Shown here one piece after another: positions 55,696 through 64,000 of a DNA stretch of 64,000 nucleotides; position 1 is the stretch's first letter; each line of letters starts with the position of its first letter. Made by a program: the position numbers and the translations under genes. The notes beneath the pieces were generated by a model that was not told the DNA's origin, ran no database searches, and worked only from the letters and a program-made list of their open reading frames with translations. Source of the DNA: the human T2T-CHM13v2.0 reference genome, Homo sapiens; the NCBI RefSeq assembly GCF_009914755.1, contig NC_060932.1; one strand, written 5' to 3'.

Positions 55696-55814
55696 TGAAA
55701 CCCTGTCTCTACAAAAAATACAAAACTTAGCTGGGTGTGGTGGCGGGCACCTGTAGTCACAGCTGCTCAGGTGGCTGAGGTGAGAGGAATGCTTGAGCCC
55801 AAAAGGCGGAGGTG
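55696..55814 (+). repeat. 119-bp Alu internal fragment, a local copy of 55290..55408
   Basis: About 8 mismatches in 119 bp by eye; shares non-consensus substitutions with the adjacent AluJ. Confidence 0.85.
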
Positions 55815-56359
55815 ACTAAACACAGTTCTTGACTAAAGCCCTCTCTGTGAAGCTATACTCTTCAGAAAGCAAGTCACTGACTGCTCAGCAGGGAAGTGGG
55901 CCATGGAGAGTGTGGGTGTCACAAAGCTTCTGGCCAGGGGTCAGGACTCACACAGGCTGGGTGGGCAGAGGGAGGGCGCTGAACTGCAAGGCCCCTGGCA
56001 CCAAGGAGGTTCTGACTCTCACTGTCCCATGCAAACTTTCCTCCTCTACCCCAAAGCAAAGGGTCTCAAGTGTGCGCTACTGGTTGAGACGCAATTACAC
56101 ATAACTTTCCTCCTCACTCCTGCTTCCTCTAAATGGGGAGAGGACAGGTCTGCTCACAAGGCCTGTGAGGGGCTGAGCACGCCATGGACACACACCCTAT
56201 TAGCTGACGGTGATGACAGAAGTAAGAAATACTAACTGCTGCTCCTTATTCACCCACCACTAGCTTCGGGTGCTGCATCTTTTTCATTTTTCACTTTATG
56301 CCACTAACAGTAACTCTCAGAACTTCCTAACTTCCCAAAAACTTAATCTTCTGTCAGGC

Positions 56360-56800
56360 ATGTTTCTCTGAGAACCCTGGGAATGACCAGAGGGACTTAT
56401 TAACCAAAACATTTTTTGTCTGGAATCTCTCCTTGTTAATGGTGTCCGACAGATGATGAATAGCCAGCCTATTTAGAAATGCCAGCCTGAATATTCCCAG
56501 GAAAGAGCCAGTGGATTATTAGTGTGGCTGATGAACTCTGCAATGGGACACTGACTGCTATGCATTGGGCTTCTGCACAGGTGCCCAGCTGCTGTCCTTT
56601 ATCTTAGTGTTTTGTGAGGATCTTTGCAGCGGTTCCTCATGTGCTATATGTTTTCTCTGTCTGTGGGGACCTAATTACAGTGCCTGGATGGTTTCTCTGA
56701 TCCGTGCACCTGCTGCATCGGATAACCACACAGTGACAGATGTCCAGACACTACAGACAAGATGCATCTCACTTTGCACGCTGACTGTGAACCCAAAGGA
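56360..56800 (+). pseudogene. Possible decayed GPCR TM4-TM7 segment
   Basis: One frame with several stops: FFVWNLSLLMVS (TM4-like), YALGFCTGAQLLSFILVFC (TM5-like), ICFLCLWGPNY (TM6 WxP), TVNP (TM7-like). Confidence 0.3.
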
Positions 56801-57382
56801 TTCTGTGCAAATCAAAGCTTTGCAATGTGAATCCTTGTTCCAGGTTTATAGGAACAGTTGGAAAATGCTGTAAGATTATATAGACTTATTTATTAATCAT
56901 GTACGTTAGAACAACAGCTTCCTTTTATCATGTTCTGTGTGCCAGGCATCATCTTAGGTCCTGTAGGCATATTCTTTAACTTCATCCTCACAGACCCCCT
57001 TGTAACCAGCATATTTCTCATCATTTGTCCAGATAAGCAAAGTGAGGCTTGGAGAAGTAACATCATTGGCTTCAGGTAATGCAGCCAGTAGGTACTAGGG
57101 CTGGGTTAAACCCACACTTGTCTGACAACAAGCTCATGTTTTTCACACTATTGAATACTGCCACTTCCATTCATTCTTTCATTCATTCATTTGCCAACCT
57201 ACAGGGGGCTAGGTATGGGATTTCAAAGGCACAATCTTATTTGAGCATATCTACAATTGGAGACTTATTGTGACTTCTGATTTGGAAATGTGGATTTTCT
57301 AGGCTTCTGCTATGCCCACGGAGCAAATCAACATCAACAGGTGTGTCAGAAGGTATCCTGCCCCACCCCCCAGCCCCCTTAC

Positions 57383-57559
57383 CATCTCCGGTTTTGCTTG
57401 AGTTGGGGGGTTCAGGTGTACTCAGAGGCCTAAGGGGAATAATAATCTCATCAACATTAACCCCTTCTTCCATGTGCTTCTCTGAAACGTGGGAGAGGAG
57501 TTCCGACTGATTTGGTGAGAAGAGGTTACAACATTTACACATAAAGATGGCCGTGTTTT
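57383..57559 (-). CDS. ZFAT: ZFAT coding exon 2 (177 nt, phase 1-1): (E)NTAIFMCKCCNLFSPNQSELLSHVSEKHMEEG...SKTGD, first C2H2-type finger; contains an in-frame Met usable as an alternative start
   Basis: Acceptor ttttccttacag|AAAACACG and donor GATG|gtaagg read on the minus strand; translation matches the ZFAT N-terminus I recognise; in frame with the next exon. Confidence 0.97.
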
Positions 57560-57877
57560 CTGTAAGGAAAAAAAAGGAAAATATGTTATTTCATCTCCAC
57601 ATAAACAATTATTACTTCCAATTGCCAAAGACAATACCGAAAGCTGCCCTTCTGAGCCATCACCAGCCTCTACCAGATTGTGTCTCTCTGGCAGTCACCT
57701 CCATGGCAGGCCACTCACTTTCATCTTCAGGGAGATCCAGGGGCCAGAAAGTTCTTTATTCAGTATCTCAACCCTCAGTCCTTCTGGATAGTGTCTAATA
57801 CAAACCTTCTTGTTACCCAAATCTACTCATCAGCCCAGATTCTGGGATAAGTACAGCCAAGTAAAAAATAAATATGC

Positions 57878-58202
<325 letters not shown>

Positions 58203-58679
58203 TCAAATGACTGAACTGCACACTGATGGCAATTAAGCAGTCTTGCTAGATTCTCTCAAATTACGCACAAGGAAAAGTTGACCACAATAGCATTTCTCAA
58301 CAGCCCAGCACCTTTCAATGAAACGGCAGGAATTTGTTGCCTTTTTAAAGCCACTGAATTCCTATTTAAAGCACTCTCATTGTTCAAAAAATTTACCAAT
58401 AGTTCATTATGTTCATCTCATTATACTAGGCAGGAAGACATAATAAGGGAAATAAAACACTCACTTTTTAGACTGATAAAATAATTATAGGTATATACAA
58501 AATATTAAATTCAGGATTCAATAACAATTAAAAGCCAGATCTTTGTATTATTATTTTTACATTCAGACTGAAAGGAAGTGGCTTTGTCCACTGAAAAGGA
58601 CAATGGCTTTGGAGCCAAAAGGCCCAGGTTAAATTCCCAACTCGTCCCTAAATGCTGGAAAGCTGAGGACCTCAGAGAA

Positions 58680-58990
58680 GCAGTCATCTGTCAGTTGCTG
58701 GAATCCATAGGAACTTTGGGGATGGAACTTGCCTATTCAGCAGCAAGAACCCAGCAGACACTCAGAAAGCACAACACTGACTCGGCGCAACTCTGCACCC
58801 ATGGTGTGCCCTCGCCCAGCAGCTGGACGGCTGGCAATCCACACCTGGCTCCCTTCGGCATCCCCCTCACCAGCCTCCTGGGGAGGCTCAACGCTGCCTG
58901 GAAGTCACATGCAACTTCTACGCCATTTACTGCCTGGTGATGCTGGACAAATACATGGCAATCATACAAGCTCTGCGCTCTCTGGTGATG
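58680..58990 (+). pseudogene. Decayed class A GPCR fragment (TM1 to TM3/ICL2), galanin/allatostatin-A/somatostatin receptor-like
   Basis: In-order motifs across frameshifts: AVICQLLESIGTLG(N)GTCLF (TM1 GN), W.PFG (ECL1), RLN..LEVTCNFYAIYCLVMLDKYMAIIQALRS (TM3, DRY-like DKY); GC3-rich codons. Confidence 0.6.
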
Positions 58991-59004
58991 GTGAGCAAGT
59001 ATCT

Positions 59005-59575
59005 CATCCTCCTCGCTCCTCACTCTCAACAGCTGACCTTGCTTCATATCTCACTGCAAGCAGCCAGAAAACAACTGCCTCTGCCACCCCTTCCAGCCCG
59101 CCTGCGTCTTCAGCTGTCTCCCCACCTCGCTCCTGCTGGTTTGAAGGTGGGCATAGTGAGGGGGACACAAGGTGTGCGGGTGAGAGCAGTGGCCCACCCC
59201 AGAGCAGGGCTATCATATCTCTGATATTGTCTGGAATTGCTGGTTCATGGAGATACTAAAAGCAGACCAACACTTCACTTGTGTGATCATTACTTTCAAA
59301 TTCTCTAAAGATAGCGCATGCCTGATTGCCTGCACCCAGGAAGATGCTCCCACATCCCTGTGTGAGAAGGCTACTAGACAAAGGGTGCATGATGGCTTGT
59401 GCGTGCAGAACTCACCCTCTCTGATGATTGTTCTCCAGGTCATCAATTCTTCCCTCTGTACTAGATCTTTCCATTGGCCTATAAGCATACTCTTATTCTC
59501 CCATCTTAAAATGAAAACAACTCCTGATCCCCACTCCCCCAACCCATTTCTCTCCTCTTTACAGTAAAACTCTCC
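59005..59575 (+). mobile_element. L2 fragments immediately downstream of the GPCR-like relic
   Basis: cctcactctcaacagctgaccttgcttcatatctcactg and catcaattcttccctctgtactagatc...ctcccatcttaaaa. Confidence 0.55.
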
Positions 59576-60370
59576 TACCAGAAAGAGGAAATGAGGAAAG
59601 GCAATAGGCCAACCCAGCCTTGCTGGCATGAAGGTGGAGCTCTTGGAAGGCACTGGAGTCCCAGGAGCAAGCCCCTCCCTGGGTTCACAGAAAGACTTTC
59701 TCCGTGAATTAGCAGGGAGGTAACGACCTGAGAGAATTCTTTCCTACCAACAACACATGAAATCAAAATTTAACAAAGCAGAACATTGCTTCGCCAATGA
59801 AAATCTCTCACAGATACTGCCAATCGATATTATTTTTTTCCAGGAAACGTTCTATTCCTAAGGAACCCAAAATGCTTCCCGAACAAGAAGAGATTAGAGT
59901 AATACATTTTTCTTTATAGGAGGCCAAGTTGTTTCCAATGTGCTTCTTGCTAATCCTACAATAATCCAATGATTTAGGCAGAAAGGGTTTGTAATCCCCA
60001 GTCCAAAGGTAGGAAACTGAGGCCGAGAGAGGAAAAGCAACTTGCTCAAGTCATTATGGGCAAGAGGCAGGGACCAGATTCTCTCCTACCTGCATTTGAC
60101 AGGAGTTATGTTTGGCTACAGCCCATGAGCTGAGTTCCTCCAAGTTATAGCTAAAATACTTAAGACTCTACACCCAGCAGCATCTGAAATAAAACTCATT
60201 ACAGCAAAGAGCGTAATCCCCAAAGCACATATCAACTTCAACTGTGTTCATTTCAGTGTCCATTGAGCAGTAACCACAGGTGGGCCCCACCCCAGACACT
60301 GGAGACAGAGATGAATCAGGCATGAGGTCCAGGCCCTGCCACAAGAGGAGGCCACCACATCACTGAACAG

Positions 60371-60472
60371 ATAGACATGTCACAGAACAATCCCATGTAA
60401 TGGTTTTTACTGAAATTATTTTATAGACATGTCACAGAACAATCTCATGTAATGTTTTTACTGAAATTATTT
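60371..60472. repeat. About 52-bp tandem duplication, 2 copies
   Basis: atagacatgtcacagaacaatc(c/t)catgtaatg(g)tttttactgaaattattt repeated. Confidence 0.92.
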
Positions 60473-61802
60473 CCCAATACCTGTAAGTATTCTTGGTTCC
60501 TAGGATGCTCTCAGGAAAATGGGAATTCTGTGACATGTAACAGAGCTGAACTTCTGGGGACCACAGGGCTATTACAATGGGTCTCCTAGTTCAAAGGTAC
60601 ACAAAGCACTGCCCAGAGATTACATAAATAAAACTATTTTGCATTTGTATATGACAAAGTGTTGGAGACTACTGGAAATAAACTACTGCTCAGCTATTCC
60701 ACACCACCTGAAGGCCTGAGGACCCTGGGTGGCACCTGGCCTTGGCCATCTGTTATGAATTTGCATTAACACATGTGTCTGTGTACTCAGCTCTCTCAGG
60801 CAGGGAAACTGGACCTGGAGCTCCCGAGGTGGAGGCAGAGACAAACACAGGAACCTGGAACGATTCTCACATCACAGAAGGCTCCGCCACGTGACGTGGG
60901 CCATGAGAGTGGGGTGGATACCGATCTGGACAGGCTGCCATGGACAGGAGAGGCTTCTCAGCCGAGAGACAACCAGAGCTCAGTGCTGCAGGGCAGTGAA
61001 ACTCCAGGAAGGGCGCGTGGGCAGGAGACATGCAGGCTCAGGGAGGAAACACACAGAGTGTCGTGGAGGCAGGAGGGAGGGAAATGAGTGGATCTGCTGA
61101 CAACACAGGGACCTGCGCCCACAGGGACAGAGATCCCCAGCACAGTCACTGGGCAGGCACTGGCAGCTCCTGAGAGAGCCAGCAGTCCACCAGCAGAGCA
61201 AAGGCAAGGAGAAACTGTCTGAAGGGGCTGGCCCTGAAGGAGAGGCCCCACGTGCCTGAGCTGTGCCAGCTCCCCTGCGTGTCCACACCCTGGATTCTGC
61301 AATGGCCCCATCACATGGCTCCCCCTAGAATGTGAGGTCATTGGAAACAGCATCTGGCTAGCCTTGGACACCTCGGTGCACCTGGAGGACAGCAAGTGGC
61401 CATGGCGGAATGAGGGAGGGAGAAGGAAGGAGTACATTGGCCCAAGACGGGTGGGACTGACACCAAAGAGCCTGTCCAGGGATGAGAGCAGAGATGATGG
61501 CCTGAGACACAGGTCTGCAGAGGAGTCAGGCCAAGCAGGCATGACACCATCACTGACTAGACATGGCCAACAACAGAGACAGGGGAGGCAGATGTGCCCC
61601 CAAGGGAGCAAGGACAGGTCTGATGGGCAGGATCAGGTGGTTGTGGGCAGGACATCAGGATGCAGATGCCTACTAGGAGCAGGCAGCGCAAGACGGGGTG
61701 GGGTTCAGCTACAGTAGGGCAGAGAAATGGGGTCAGCACGCAAGGAGGAACATCAAGCCTAAAGATGGAAAGTGTCAAGAAGCCAAATCCTTCCAAAGGC
61801 CC

Positions 61803-62161
61803 TGTCCCAGTCCATCTGAGTAGCTATCACAAAATGCCACAACTGGGTGGCTTATTAACAGAACTTTATTTCTGACAGTTCTGGAGGCTGGGAAGTCTGA
61901 GATAGAGGCATTGGCAGAATCAATGCTTGGTGAGGGCTGCTTCCTGGTTCATAGCTGGTGCCTTCTTGCTGTGTCCTCACATGGTGGAAGGGGCAAGGTA
62001 GCTCTTTGGGGTTTCTTTTATAACAGCAATAATTCCATTCATGAAGGCCCCACCCTCACGACCTGACCACCTCCCAAAGGCCCCACCTGCTAGGCCATCA
62101 CATTAGGGGGTAGGTTTTGATCTATGAATTTTAGGAGGAAACAAACATTCAGCTCATAGCA
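61803..62161 (-). mobile_element. MaLR LTR (MLT1A/MSTD-like)
   Basis: cagttctggaggctgggaagtc, ccacctcccaaaggccccacc, ends in catagca. Confidence 0.8.
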
Positions 62162-63285
62162 AGCAAGAAACAGAAGACCCAGTCCTTAGTGACAGAGAAG
62201 GCCCTTAGGGAGAAGGTGGAAGAGAAGAGGGGTTGCTCCTGAAAAATGCAGCAAGAATGGGGAGGGCAGGCACTGGATCCAGACATGAGGAAGACACTGG
62301 TAACCTCAAAAAGTGAGATTTCCCTAACATGGCCACAGAGTCGCACAAGGTGGCTGAGATCAAGGCAGGGATATTCAGAAAGCAGGCACCCTCATCAGGC
62401 CTGGGGAAGGTTTGCTCTAATAAAAGGAAGCATCCTTTGGCCGGCTGGGTGACAATGGCCACCGCCAAGCACTGGCTACACTGGACAAATGACTTTTACC
62501 AGCTTTCCAAGACTTTCAAGCCTTTGAGTAAAAGGCCAGCATCTATATTAAAATTACAAAATAATAAGAGGTCTGGTCAGCAGGGAGGCAAGCGTACAGA
62601 AAGACTGTGCAGACAGCATGTAAAAAGGCCAGAGGGGAGGCAGCCCAGTGTGTCCTGAGCCTCCACATCTCTCTAGCCTGCAAGGCAGCCTCTTCTGGGT
62701 CATCCGCCCACAGAGGACGGCTCAGAGGTTTCCAGGGAGTCTGGTTTTCGGGACCAGCCCTATGCCCAAGACCACTTCTCCCTACAAAGTTGCTCTGCAG
62801 CGCAGACATGCACGCACAGACACGCACAAGGGTGGTGGAGTCTGCTGCTCTCATGAACAAATACTGCCATGGCAAAGGGGCCAAGAGCGCCAAAGACACT
62901 CGCTCATAACTTCTGACCAGTGGTTTTCCTCCTTGAGATCCTGCCTTCGTGATCGTCCAAAACTAGAACTGGGATTGTGCACTAAGATATTCAACACACA
63001 AGCAAGTTCCCAGAAGCAACCGAAGTGCTCAGCAGTGGACAAATCCTGACACTTACAAAACAAATTATGATACAGCCACTGAAAATCATATTTCAAAGAA
63101 CACTGAATGGCACAGGGAAACGCTCCTAATGAACACTAAGTTTTAAAGAATGGAATACTCAGCTATTTGGTATGAATACAATTTTGTTATTAATGGATAG
63201 ATATTATTTATGAATAGATGGAAGGAAGGAGAGCTGGCCAGGATTAAAGAAAATATACCAAAATTTTCACTGTGAAACTTTTTTA

Positions 63286-63615
<330 letters not shown>

Positions 63616-64000
63616 TTAAAAATCGGAAACACTGCTAGGCACGGTAAAGGATAACACAGCAGACCCAACATGGTTCAGCAGGATCCACTCTAAGCTGCTC
63701 AGGCAAGAATGGTGTCTTATTCAAGTCCATGTCCCCAGCCTGGCACATGATAGGTGTTCAACTAATGAGGAAGCTGAGTCGCACGCTGCAAATCATGAAG
63801 ACCGTGAGCAGAGGAAAGGGGAAAGCCTTGGCTGAAGTGCCTGGGAAGTTACGGGAGGAGGCACTTGAAAGGATCTTGAAAGGCAGCCAGACCTGCACAG
63901 GAGGTCACGGAAGGGGCTCCCAGACTCCAGAATGCATCAGGCATGGGCTCTACCCCCCACTCCACCCCTATGAACACTCCCTCATTCAATCCCCCACCTC

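Noticed and set aside
61200-61400. GC3-rich + frames with WPHH, ITWLP and SIWLA words resembling GPCR TM6/TM7
   Set aside because: Motifs are in different frames with wrong spacing; not distinguishable from chance by eye, though worth including in the GPCR HMM search.
60958-61611. 217-aa minus-strand ORF
   Set aside because: GC-rich intronic sequence with no domain, coding bias or splice support.

Overview
Human (primate) genomic DNA containing the middle of the ZFAT gene (zinc finger and AT-hook domain protein) on the minus strand. Six coding exons (canonical exons 2-7; 177, 252, 186, 151, 1457 and 233 nt) have GT-AG boundaries and join in frame. Exon 1 lies beyond the right edge and exons 8 onward beyond the left edge. 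The introns are dominated by Alu, L1, L2/MIR, MaLR LTRs and DNA transposon fossils. The most notable observations are: (1) a decayed class A (rhodopsin-like) peptide-GPCR reading frame on the + strand in intron 1 (TM1-TM3/DRY-like, 58.7-59.0 kb), with a weaker TM4-TM7-like segment at 56.4-56.9 kb; (2) a candidate TDP-43-repressed poison exon running into a 600-nt UG tract in intron 2; (3) an exon 3/4 junction that regenerates a 5' splice site; (4) an exon 7 read-through isoform with a hydrophobic tail and an intronic poly(A) signal, overlapped by an antisense splice acceptor; (5) several locally templated DNA-repair insertions and unusual retrotransposon structures. Repeat subfamily names and repeat boundaries are by eye from remembered consensus sequences and are approximate.
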